The position numbers were made by a program, and so were the translations under genes. The notes under the pieces are model-generated. The model was not told the DNA's origin, did no database searches, and saw only the letters and a list, made by a program, of their open reading frames with translations. A stretch of DNA of 64,000 bases from Phyllosticta citribraziliensis (lineage: Eukaryota), in assembly GCF_038025025.1 (NCBI RefSeq), contig NW_027117340.1, positions 496,001 to 560,000 on the forward strand. The letters are read 5' to 3'. Positions 22,949 through 34,145 of the stretch are shown here, in pieces (position 1 is the stretch's first letter; each line of letters opens with the position of its first letter).

Positions 22949-24513
22949 ATGCGAGGCCTCAACGACGAGCGTTCGCCGCTGCTGCGCAACAACCGGGGCG
23001 ATGACGCGAATGACCAAGAGGTAAGAGAGCTCCAGATCCCGCTGTACTCCAGACGCTCAGATCAAACACAGGAAGTCAAATTCGACAAGAATGACCCTGA
23101 AAATCCTCGAGCATGGAGGAGAAGAGAGAAGCTCGCCAACGTCTTCGTGATCTCCTCCATGGCCAGTGCGTAGACAAGTCCACAACGAGGCTACAGTGAT
23201 GCTGATATGCCCACGTCCTCAAAGTCATCAGCCCGCTAGCCAGCTCCATGTTTTCTCCAGGAATCCAGCAAATCGCAGACTCATTAGGGACACAAACAGA
23301 CGTCGTGATAGGAGCGGCAACTGGGTTTGTAGTCATGACAGGCGTCGGGCCACTGATCCTGGCTCCCTTGTCGGAAACGTTTGGCCGCAGGAAGCTCTAT
23401 CTCTCGTGCTTCGCCATCTTCACGCTCTTGCAGCTGCCCACGGCTTATAGTCCCAATATCGCGACCCTGCTCGCGCTGCGAACGGCTGCTGGATTCTTTG
23501 GTAGCGTGGGACTCGCCAACGGTGGCGGGAGCCTCAGCGATATGTTTGTTCCTGAAGAGAGGGCTGGTGTATTCGGATGGTACCTGCTGGGGCCGCTGCT
23601 AGGTCCAACCTTGGGCCCGCTGCTCGGAGGCGTCATCGTACAGCGTCTTGGATGGCGGTGGATCTTCATTGCCCTCACCATCTTCTGCGGCATCAACACC
23701 ACATTTGGATTTTTCTTCCTGCGAGAAACGTATGCGCCTGCCATCCTCGCGGCCAGGAAACGAGCAAGGGAGAAGGCCGATGGGTCCACCGGGACGATGT
23801 ACTGGTACGAGGGCGAAGACGCACGATCACTGCCCACGAAATTGGGCCACTCGCTGCTTCGACCTCTCCGCATCCTTGTACAGCCCATCGTCATGATCAT
23901 GGCGCTATACCAGGCCCTCATCTTCAGCACCACGTACAGTCTGTACACCAACTTCCAAGAAATCTACAGCGGCGAGTACGGCTTCACAACCGAGCAGGTA
24001 GGCCTCATGTACCTTGGGCCCGGCGTCGGGTGCCTTGTTGCTGTGCGCCTGCTCGTGCCGCAAATCGACGCCGTCTTCAAGAAGCTGACGGCCCGCAACG
24101 GCGGCGTCCCCAAGCCCGAGTACCGTCTGCCCCTGGCAAACATTGGCGCCGTCCTGGTCCCTGTATCGTTGTTTTGCTTCGCCTGGACGGTCCAGTTCCG
24201 CGTACACTGGGCCGCCACTGTCGCCAGCACCTTCTTCTACGGCGTGGGGCAGGTTATGATTCTCAACGCGGTGCAGAACTACTACATTGACTCTTTTGAA
24301 AAGTTCGCTGCTTCGGCCATTGCCGCTGGTGCCGTCTTTCGCGCCGTCATTGGCGGGTTGGTACCTCTTTTTGCGCCCCAGCTGTTCAAAAGCGTCGGAT
24401 ATGGATGGGGCGTCTCAGTTTTTGCATTCGTGGGTGTTGCTCTCGCTCCAGCACCGTCTGTCTTTTATCGGTATGGCGAGACTATCCGGAGACGGTTTAC
24501 GGTCGAATTGTGA
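22949..24513 (+). CDS. MFS transporter, DHA1 drug:H+ antiporter family; 3 exons
   Basis: DPENPRAW, GPLILAPLSETFGRR, GPLLGPTLGPLLGG...LGWRW, LRETYAP, PEYRL, YYIDSF; about 12 hydrophobic segments. Confidence 0.92.
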
Positions 24514-24810
24514 CGCGGGACAGCCTGACGTCAGACCCGATATGAGATGAGGACAGACACAGCACCTGGAGAAACGAAAATAGAGACCATTTTTCTCAAG
24601 CCTTGGGAAACCGCAACTTCCGTCGTTTCCAAGCTTGTCTGTAAGTGTGTCATGCCTTTGAAATCTGACAGGTTTCTGGTCCTCGGCCATACGCAGTACA
24701 AATTCGCCAATGGTATTGACTGATCGCCTGGGATGAATGAGTCAACGAGGAAATCATCCACTCAAGAAACAGCGGAAGCCAACTTCAAACCAGGCCTCTC
24801 GAAAAGGACG

Positions 24811-25887
24811 TCACAAGCCACACGGGGGTATGCCAAATATCCTTTCGGCATTCCTCCACGCAATCTTTCTCTTCGTCTCCTCGCCCAACCCCTCAACCCC
24901 GTCAAACCAATCTGCGGCATCCTCGTTGCTCTCATACGGGTAATCGACACTCCACAGAACGCGCTCCTCGCCCATCTCCTCGAGCGCACACCTTACGGTC
25001 GACAGCCTCCTGACACCAGACAAGGTAGCCAGAAAATTGTTGCGCAAATAGTACGACACGCTCTGCCTGTGAGGGCCCGAAGCGCCGGAAACACCGACCG
25101 CCAAGCGATGATCGATGCGATGAGCGAGGAACGGAAGTGCCTCAGCGGCGTGACCCAAGACGACTTGGAGTCGCGGGTAGCGGTCAAAGAGGCCAGAGCA
25201 CGCCAGCCGCAGCGCGTGCGCCCCCGTCTCGGCGCCAAACCCGTACGCCGCGTGCGCCAGCATCGGGAATCCGCGATACACGCGCTGCTGCGACGGAGGC
25301 GGCACGCGCGGATGCAGGTACAGCGGCACGTCGAGCGCCGCGAGTGCTGCCCACACGGGCTCGCATTCCGCTTCGTCCAAGTACCGCACCGAGTCTGCGC
25401 TCCCGAGCTGGACGTAGCCGTTGACGAGTGCGCCTTTGGCTCCGAGCTGCGTGACACAACGCTCCAGCTCGCGCGCGGCCGCGGGAGGGTCTTGCATGGG
25501 CAAGCAGGCGAAGAAGCCGAAGCGTTCAGGGTGCGGCGCTACGTATGTTGCGTGCATTTCGTCGTTGACTTTGCGGGCATATTCCACGGCCTGTTTCGCG
25601 TCGAAGACTCCCTCGATCCCCGGGCTGGTGAGTGATACGATGGCGTACCGAATTCCCGACGCGTCCATGGATTGCAGCCGCAGTGATACGTCGGTCAGGC
25701 GCTGGCCAACATCGGCGGTGAAAGTGGGAGAGAGCACTGCGCCTGGCACGTCGGCGACTTGGGGAACTTGTGGAGTTGTTTCGTTAAGGGGAATTGAGAC
25801 GGGGAGAATGGCTTCCTCGAGGGCGATTTTGTGAGGGAGGCGATTTACCACATTCGTGCATGTGGTGCTGCGGTTGAGTGCGGCCAT
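24811..25887 (-). CDS. Amidohydrolase-2 family reversible aromatic-acid decarboxylase (2,3-dihydroxybenzoate / gamma-resorcylate decarboxylase-like), intronless
   Basis: KIALEEA, SLTSPG, RFGFFACLPMQDP, PLYLHPR, GLFDRYPRLQVVLGHAAEALPF, SVDYPYE, NAERIF. Confidence 0.88.
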   Translation of the reverse strand: MAALNRSTTCTNVVNRLPHKIALEEAILPVSIPLNETTPQVPQVADVPGAVLSPTFTADVGQRLTDVSLRLQSMDASGIRYAIVSLTSPGIEGVFDAKQAVEYARKVNDEMHATYVAPHPERFGFFACLPMQDPPAAARELERCVTQLGAKGALVNGYVQLGSADSVRYLDEAECEPVWAALAALDVPLYLHPRVPPPSQQRVYRGFPMLAHAAYGFGAETGAHALRLACSGLFDRYPRLQVVLGHAAEALPFLAHRIDHRLAVGVSGASGPHRQSVSYYLRNNFLATLSGVRRLSTVRCALEEMGEERVLWSVDYPYESNEDAADWFDGVEGLGEETKRKIAWRNAERIFGIPPCGL

Positions 25888-27417
25888 GGCTTGCTCTTTT
25901 TCTGTAGGCTTGAGTTTGGTGATTTGCGATTTCAATCGCTGCGAAACGTGCTTTTCTATGGCTTTGAAGTCGGATTAGCCGGACTTGCATGTTGCAAACA
26001 TGCCGCCCTCTTTTCCGGTGGTAGCCGCACAGAACTCAGGAATGCAATGAAGCTCTGCGATGTCTAAGTCCGAAATCTCATGACAGTCGGAATTATGCGC
26101 CTGTGAACACGCATGTTAAGCCCTGTCATGGATGCTCCCTTTGGACAAACCAAGCATGGTCGTCCAAAAGCTGTTGCACAACCCGGGAGCATCCAATGGG
26201 GCGAGAGCATGGAACAGTTCGTAAAGTCCGGGAATTCCGTAATTGAAAGATGCTAACTGAACGCGGCAAGCGAAGAGCGGGAAGACGGCGATGTGGGAAG
26301 TTTGTTTCGACTAATCGCAACAATGGAAAGTCCGAGTTGGATACTCAGAACTGGATAAACGCCATTTTGATGGTCGGTAGTGATTGTTTTGACATGGTAG
26401 GTGGGACGGCGCATCCAGCACCAAAGCTAGCTACGAAACCCCGCTACGGAGCATATTGTGCACACTCAAGTGGCTATGATCTGGGTGCACTCTCACCGAT
26501 AAGCTCTAGTAGGTGGATTTGAAAGTGATGGAGGTCTGGCCCTCGAATCTTGCTTGGGCTGTACTCACTGGAGACGAGAACAACGTGACGTCATTTGAGG
26601 ACCGAAAGACGACAATTGCATGTGCAGGGCTGAGGACTTGCAATTCTCCAAATTGACATGCTTAGCAGTGGAGAACCCCGAAGATCGTCCCATCCGTTTC
26701 ACCAGAGCGGTGGCTCGACAATCACAGTCGTTTCCAGAAAGGCCGCCAAAATTAGGGGCGCAATCTTCCGTGGATCGGCACCTTGCTGACCTTTGAAAGT
26801 TTGATTATTGTCCTACTTTGCAACTTCGGCGGAGCGGACCTTGCAACACTGGGAATCTCCGGTCGAAGACAGACAGCGCCGGAGACAATGAGAACGGGAA
26901 CCGGTGAAGCTGGAGAGCTGGAAGCGATGCTTGGCATTTGAAAGCAAAACTGAGAGTAGAGTCCGATATCGTCGACTTGTGGGGGAAGGCTGCGTGCCTG
27001 CTGGACGCGATCCAGTTTCAAGTCGGCCGTCCGTGCTTCGCTGGAGTTCGCTTAACTTGGGACGATCTTGGAGCGGTCGCGGCAGGCGTGGAATCGGGGG
27101 GTCGAATCATTGCAAGTGTCTCCGAGCATGTTACGAGACGATGACATGTTTGAGAAGTGAAGGGTGGAACAAGTGCACAATTGACGTGCCTCGCCGTGTT
27201 GCTGGCGTGCTTGCCAGCTGTTGGCTGAGGATAATTTTCCCGTTTGCTCTTTCAGGTGACTTTGCTGGAACGCTGCAGCGATGATGGTCCTCAATCGCCT
27301 TTGAAAAAGTTTTGTCGTTTATGACAGGATGATGCTGAATACCAGTCTAAACCCCATACGCCCTGAAGCCCACCAACGCCTTGAATGCTTTTTGTGTGAA
27401 TCAGTCGCGCTCAAGAC

Positions 27418-27873
27418 TCAGGACTTGAGCAGCTTGTTCCTCTTCTCTTTCCTCTTCAAGCGTTCGACCTTCTTCGCGTGCATCTTGGCGGCCAGCTGCG
27501 CATATCTTTCGCGCTCGGCCTTCTTCTCGCGTCGCTCCTTGATGTTTTGCACATGGGCCTGTTGCCACGGACGGTCAGCGAAAATTCTGCAGCGTCTGTC
27601 GGGTTGCGCACCTGTCTCGCGGCCTCCTTGTCGTCCTTGAGTTCCTTTTCTTTTGCCTTGACGGCGGCGAGGGCTTTTCTCTCTTCGGTGCGCTTTGCGT
27701 ACGAGGTCAGGCCGGCGGTCGGGCGAAAGGGCTTCTTGGGCTGGTGCCACTGCTTCCCTGGAAAAGCGTGAGCTGCAGGTTCGTTCGTGTTGCGAGGCGA
27801 CAGTACCGTTCTTGCGCATGCCCTGCACGGGGGCGGGGTTAGCGGTGGCAGGCTCGGGTTCGGAGGCGGACAT
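27418..27873 (-). CDS. CGR1: rRNA-processing protein Cgr1; 3 exons
   Basis: [28 protein letters not shown]...[16 protein letters not shown]|...[35 protein letters not shown]. Confidence 0.92.
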   Translation of the reverse strand: MSASEPEPATANPAPVQGMRKNGTVASQHERTCSSRFSREAVAPAQEALSPDRRPDLVRKAHRREKSPRRRQGKRKGTQGRQGGRETGAQPDRRCRIFADRPWQQAHVQNIKERREKKAERERYAQLAAKMHAKKVERLKRKEKRNKLLKS

Positions 27874-28163
27874 ATTGTGGTTGTTGGTGGGAGATGAAGG
27901 TGCGTAAGAAAAATGTCGCGAGTCGGCTTTGGAGCCATTTGGGTTATCAAGATGGCGCTAGCGGGCGGATCAGATACGCAAAAGCGGAGCGCAGTGGGGC
28001 GGTGAGGCCGGATGGGCCGCCAAGCGCCCAAATTTTGCAACATCAACCTCGCATTTGTGCCCCTCCCCACGCCCGTAGCGCCCAAGGCCCGTCTCTCGCG
28101 CTGCTTTGCTCTCTCTATCGTCGATGCCTGCCTGCTGCGGTGCTGTCCTTTGATTCGGGCTGC

Positions 28164-28222
28164 TGAAATTTTCCCGCACCGCGCCGCTCCACCCCCAGGC
28201 CAGTCCGGTTTTCGCTCATCGC
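28164..28222. promoter_or_regulatory. RRPE-like (TGAAATTTT, 28164-28172) and PAC (GCTCATCGC, 28214-28222) elements in the CGR1/ornithine-carrier divergent promoter
   Basis: GCTCATCGC is the reverse complement of GCGATGAGC (full PAC consensus) and lies upstream of a ribosome-biogenesis gene. Confidence 0.55.
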
Positions 28223-28319
28223 TAGCAGCTTCAGCTTGGAAAAAGCCCGCACCGCCGTCCCGTCAGCAGTCGTCACCACTTCTTTATAAAGCACCCTCGC
28301 CGGTGCCCCACGCCCGCCG

Positions 28320-28388
28320 TTGACTCTCAGTCCATACAACATGCTCCCGCGATAGCATCAACCCCTCCCACCTACACACATCGAGTCA
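28320..28388. promoter_or_regulatory. Two Gcn4/CpcA-type elements (TTGACTCT 28320-28327; GAGTCA 28383-28388) flanking a 4-codon uORF (28341-28355)
   Basis: TGACTC cores on opposite strands directly upstream of an arginine-pathway carrier; ATG CTC CCG CGA TAG with an ACAAC context. Confidence 0.45.
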
Positions 28389-28412
28389 CCCGTCGACCAA
28401 GACAAGACCGGA

Positions 28413-29475
28413 ATGGCCTACTCGGAGCGCCCCTTGGGTGTCCCCAACACCGAAATCCACATGAATGCCCCTGAACCCGGCCCAGACACTGCGAAAGAGG
28501 CTCTTGCCGGACAAGGCATGGAAGCGCTCAAAGACATCGCCTTTGGCTCGCTTGCTGGCATTGCCGGCAAGTACATCGAGTATCCCTTTGACACGGTCAA
28601 GGTCCGCCTCCAGTCTCAGCCCGAGCACCTGCCCCTCAAATACACGGGTCCGCTGGACTGCTTCAAAAAGTCATGGGCCAAGGACGGAGTCATGGGCCTC
28701 TACAGAGGAATCAGCGCACCCCTTGTCGGCGCTGCTGTCGAGAATGCCAGCCTGTTCTTCAGCGTAAGCACCATCCCGTCGCCTCCAATGGCGGACAAAC
28801 GAGCTGATTGTGCACCAGTACCGCCTCTGCCAGGAAATACTCCAAAAGAACGTGCTGGGTCCCGACACGCCTGTCCCCTACTCCGGCCTGATTCTTTGTG
28901 GTGCCGTCTCTGGTGCCTTCACCTCGATGCTCCTCACACCGATTGAGCTGGTCAAGTGTAAAATGCAAGTCCCTGTCGAGACTAGCAGTGGCCAGGTGCG
29001 GCGCCTGGGTCCTCTCGGCGTCATGGCCAGCGTGTACAGACACCAAGGCATCGCTGGATTCTGGCATGGACAAATGGGAACGCTGATCCGCGAGACTGGC
29101 GGCTCTGCCGCGTGGTTCGGCGGATACGAGGGCATGTCGCTGTTTTTCCGCGGCCTGAGGGAAAAGTCTGGGTCGTCCAAGTCCAAAGACGACCCGCTCC
29201 CAATCCACCAGCAAATGGCGTGCGGTGCCATGGCAGGCATGAGCTACAACTTCTTATTCTATCCCGCCGACACCATCAAGAGTCGCATGCAGACCGAGGA
29301 CGTTACGCGGCTTTCGGGAGTCAAGCGCACCTTCGGGTCCGTGGGCAAACTCATCTACCAGCAGTCAGGCCTCAAGGGTCTTTACAGGGGTTGCGGCATC
29401 ACCGTCGCTCGGTCGGCGCCGAGCTCAGCCTTCATCTTTACGATTTATGAGACTCTTAAGCAACAATTTGCTTGA
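28413..29475 (+). CDS. ORT1: Mitochondrial carrier, ornithine/basic amino-acid transporter (Ort1/arg-13-like); 2 exons (intron about 28764-28818)
   Basis: Three carrier signatures ([30 protein letters not shown]), plus [14 protein letters not shown] and [14 protein letters not shown] typical of the ornithine-carrier subfamily. Confidence 0.85.
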
Positions 29476-30529
29476 GCGGGACATGGAATATCGACTGCAT
29501 TTCTTGGAGTTTGGAGTTTGGGACGTTGAAAAAAAGCGAGGGCACGAGGTGGCAGTCCATCGAGCTGGTTAGATACCAAATTTTTAGATGGCGATTGGCT
29601 TCAGACGTTGGAGCAATAGATTTCAAGATTACAGCTGGCATGAGACGGCACTTGAACAGTCTGAATATGTTGCACTTTCAGCTTGCCGCATCGAGATTAG
29701 TGACGACCCTGGGTTGATGAGAAGTCGACCGTTCGGCCGGAGATGCGCATGGGCTGGAACGTGAGAAAAAGGCCATCAACGGCTTCCCAGGGTCTCGCCA
29801 TACGGGTGACGAAAAGATGTCAACGCCAACCCTTGGTTGAAGACATGGGACGAGAAAGCCACAATCACATGCGGACAGGACAGGACCGGGTGTGGCTTGC
29901 GCGCGGCGGCGGGTGTCATGGATTGTTCATTGTCCAGCGGCAGCGGGCGGCGACGACCGGGGGCCGCATCTGCCTCGGCAGTCGACTGCACTCAACAATC
30001 GTCATACCCGAAGCGGCTGTCCGGTAAGAGTACCACACTTCTGAACCAATCCAGACCCCGTCGACGACGCTGGTCCCTTCCGTCCACCAAGCCGCAATCC
30101 AGAACCAACCTGTCCCCCTCTTTGCCGGCTTTTCCTGGTCGCCGTGTGGTCTTTTCCCATGAGGCTCTGGACTGCGCTCGAGCGTTGCAGCTAGTTACCA
30201 TCAGTTGCGATATTCTTGGACACGCCGCGCCGCCCAATCCTTTTCCTTTTAGGGGCTTCGCTCGGCCTTTTGAAGTGGAGACGGAACATTGCCCGCGGCT
30301 ATTCCTGCGGTTGACAGCGAAACAGCGGAGAAAAAGAAGACGACGCACTTTGTTTGCGGGGAAGAGCGAGGATTCTCTGGGACTGCCACCACCACACCTC
30401 CAACCATACATCCTTACGACTGCACCTCGACTAGACTCGACGCCGTCGATCGATCTTTTGGATAATTGCTGCTGCACACGGACCCATCCCTCGAGCGCAT
30501 AGATCTTTCTTGGACATACCACAAGAGCC

Positions 30530-31618
30530 ATGGACGCAATAGCGCAACTTCATGTATGCGGAAATGCACAGGCTGGCAACCGCAGAGACACAAGCTGACG
30601 GGCATGGTGGACAGGATGCGGCGGAGCGCATAGTGCTGGACCCAAAATACCACGAAATCCTCACCCTCCTCAAGGGCTTGCGCAATGGTATCGTGTACGG
30701 AGCAAAAGTGCGGTTCCCGCACGCGCTGGTGTATGTCTCCACTAAACTCTGTCCTGACAGGAATGGGGACAGGGACATTTCTAACGCAATCTTCTCTATA
30801 GCATGATATTCCTTTTCCGATCTGGCGAGTAAGTTCATCCACGTCCGTCCTGCGTCAATCTTCCGCCGCTGACCTCGTCTCCGCCCAAATCAGCTTCCGC
30901 ACCAAGCTCTCCATGGTGCTCAAAGCGACCAAGACGCACGCACGAAACCTCGGTACCTTTGCCCTCATCTATAAATCCAGCATGCTGGCGCTGCGACACC
31001 TGTCACCGACGGGCAAGGAGCGCCAGTACGACTCGCTGCTCGCTGGTCTCGCCGGCGGCTACTACGTCTTCGGCCGCGGCGTGCAGTCGAGCGTCAACCA
31101 GCAAATCGTCATCTACGTCTTCGCCCGCGTGGTTCTGGCATACGCAAAGTTGCTGGTGCAGCCCAAGGCGGCATCTAGCGCAGGCGCCAGCAGCAGTGCC
31201 GGCGGCCTGGGTCTCATCAAGGACGAAAAGTTCGCCGCCACGCTGCGCGAACGCAGCTGGCCCGTCTTCGCCAGCTTGTCCTGGGCTCTCGTCATGTACG
31301 CCTTCCGCTGGCACCCGGAGACGGTGCAGCCCAGCATGCGCAGCAGCATGGTGTACATGTAAGTTCTCCCCTCCCCTACCCGCTTTCCCCTGTTGTCATG
31401 GTTCACACCGTTCCCGCCCGACTTAGATTCGGCTGAGGGTAATGATGATTACGCTGGCTGGCTGGCTGGCGACAACGAGCGAGTCAAATCCCGGACCCTC
31501 TTTGCGATCCTCCTGAGTTTTTGTTTCGACGCTGTTTTGCTGACGTCGGTGTGCGATTAGATATGACCAGGCGGACCGCTGGGACTCGCTGCGCAATTTC
31601 ATCTGGCACAACAAATAG
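30530..31618 (+). CDS. Peroxisomal membrane protein 4 (PXMP4/PMP24, Tim17 family); 5 exons
   Basis: LKGLRNGIVYGAKVRFPHALV|MIFLFRSG|...ATKTHARNLG...GGYYVFG...VNQQIVIYVFARV...WPVFASLSWALVM...|YDQADRWDSLRNFIWHNK*. Confidence 0.9.
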
Positions 31619-32433
31619 ATGGGACCGTCGAGCCGCCAACGACGTGTCCACGATCAAACGACGGACGAGAGGTCTGCGGCAGGAGAGGCAGCTCATGACT
31701 GTCTCGGTTAAGCTGCCGTCTTCGTGACAGCGTTGGCCTGCCGTGGCTCACTCTTCCAGTGCCGTGTCGGTCGATGACATGTCTCTCTTACTTATCTTTC
31801 GACACTTAACCCCCCCTTTTTTCCCGAGGGTTTTCACAGATCTTTGGCGCCTGCGGAGTAGACACGGATTGGATGAGCCCATCAGAAACGGTTTCGTTGG
31901 ACTGAATTGGACTGTCGGGCGGTGATCTCTAGCGGCAGGGTTGAATTGCCGGCGTTGGCTGTCATTCTGCTTTTATCATTTTATCACTCTTGAACCTGAC
32001 ATACATGCTTTTCTTTTCTTATCTTGTTCCGTCGTTCCTGCTTTTATTGGAAGATCCGCCGGAGCGGGGGGTGGTGATATTTTTATACCGCGCCTTTAGA
32101 CTTATTTTATATGCTTCTTCCTGGTGCTTATTCATTCCTCTCTCATCCACGCACTACTGTCTTTCGTTTAGTCTTATAGGCACGCTTGATCTCTCGTCAT
32201 ACCTTGTCAATAGAAAGAGCGCATGCGCTGCGCGGCCACTAGACTGCCAAATAATCAAAATGACGGGCTGCATACCTGCGCTTCTGCATGTGTCCTCACA
32301 CAGACTTACTTTTCCCGATCGGTCGGGGCTGTGCAATAACCTACTTTGCCATGCTTGAGACTGGGGGAGGCGGGGAGATGGCAGACGGACAGACGGACAG
32401 GCAGAGATGGGCGCTGAGAACTCGGCCTCATCG

Positions 32434-32463
32434 TCCATCCATCCATCCATCCATCCATCCATC
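32434..32463. repeat. (TCCA)7 microsatellite
   Basis: Directly visible tandem repeat. Confidence 0.9.
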
Positions 32464-33298
32464 GCCGCGCCACATCTACAACTGGCCAACTAGACCTGTG
32501 GGAAGAACCGTCAATCGATCGTGCGTGGAGTGGAGTGGATTGTTGGACGGACAAGCCGACGAGAGCGACGGAAGACTTTGAAGCTGAGGAGGGAGAATGA
32601 GGGAGAGAGAAAGGAAAGGGAAGAAAGCATCGACGCGACAGAGGCGGGCGCCATGTCGCATCCGTCATCCGTCCGTGAGCATTGTCGCCCGTCGTCCCAG
32701 TGACCAGTTGGCAAAAGATCTGAGCGGCCCAGACCCTCCGTAGATGCGAGTCGACGACAGGAGACAAATATCACGGACGCACTCGACAAGGGCGATTCCG
32801 TAAAGATAGCGACAAAGTATGGAATGACATGCTCAGGGGATGCCTGGGATCAAGTGGTCCGGTAGGTTTAGCCATCGTGGTGGTTCGCGCGGAGGCAGAC
32901 GCGCTCGAATGCTTCAGCATGGCCCATCGGCTGGAGGAGAACAAGTGTCGGTGCAAAGAGGCGTGTCGTTGTGGTGTCGTCGGCCTCCTGGTAGAGAGGG
33001 AGCCAGGTACCACGCGGCAAGGGACAAGGCGATGCAGCTCAATCGTCAGCGGCGTGCGGGTCGACGGGGTGCTTCAGACGATGACTCGATTTCAAGCGGG
33101 AGGTCTGTCGACTGCGGTCATTGCGTTCTGGTTCAGTGATGCACGCAAGTGAGAATGAAGCGCCATGGCAAGAGGTTGGTTGCTCATCCACGAGCCATAC
33201 CCAAACAGGCAGGCGAGAGGAGGGACAAGGGGAAGCGAGGTGGTGCAGGTGGCGAAGGGCCAGTTTGTCCAAAGCTCTGATGCCGGGTGGTGCAGGAT

Positions 33299-33312
33299 GG
33301 GGGGGGGGGGGG
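33299..33312. repeat. G14 homopolymer
   Basis: Directly visible. Confidence 0.9.
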
Positions 33313-34145
33313 TCCAAGACATGGCCGTATGATTGGGCGACGCGAGCTCGTAGGATTCCAGCTCAGAGGCCGGGTCCGCGATGCTGCACTTGCGCCTGTA
33401 TCGTGACCTCTCCAAAAACAAGGTGCTGAACTCGAGCATTCGTGTCAGCAGGCAGACGGGATCCTTGGCCCGGACCTGACCAACAATCGTCGCGCCATGT
33501 CTGCAATCGAAGTGGCCGTTGCGCTTTACACGACGGCAGGGCTGCAGAGGATGGCTGTCATGGCTGGTCCATTCCCGCCCGTGCTCGCTCAGCCTGGCAA
33601 GGCAAACAGTGAAACTGCGGACCGCAGACAAAAGAGCGCAACGCTGAGGAATTCTGCCTTGCGCAGTGGGCAACGGGCTGCTAGGGTCCTCGGTGAGTGG
33701 CTCGAAGCATCGCCATGGACCCAAAATCGTGGTGAGCGGGTCAACATGGGTTGCGCGCCGCGGATGGCATTGTGCCACGGCGATTCTTTGGCTGGTGACC
33801 ACAAGGACGCGGGACAAGGAAAGTGGCGCACTCACCAGAGGGTGGCAAAGGCTTCCAGTGTCTTGGGAAGAGCCTCATTGTCGTGCTGCTTACCATTTAA
33901 CCCGGCCGTCGTGACGGCCACGTTGGCTCTCGTCCTCCCGCCGCAATTGAACTTGACAAGGCCGTTGTTGAGACTACCATGTCAACCGTCACTTGGCTAC
34001 TTTCCATTCGGAGCTACAGCCACCCAGCTATCTGGTAAGCTTACCATACATACCTTTTGCCTTGAGAAAGTTTGGGAGCTCCTCGAGTTGATTGGTCTTA
34101 TACCTGGAAGGCTTTGCTGAATGGGATCAGAAACAAACCGAGCAA

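Noticed and set aside
24811..24822. Decarboxylase C-terminal CGL as PTS1 or CaaX
   Set aside because: Gly at -2 does not fit PTS1, and the Cys is at -3 rather than -4.
31421..31436. Alternative 3' splice site in the last PXMP4 intron giving ...VYIFG*
   Set aside because: No CTRAC branch point upstream; the distal acceptor restores the family-typical C-terminus.
33092..34120. ORFs 33092..33835 (-) and 33497..34120 (+)
   Set aside because: Overlapping ORFs with non-protein-like composition in GC-rich intergenic DNA.
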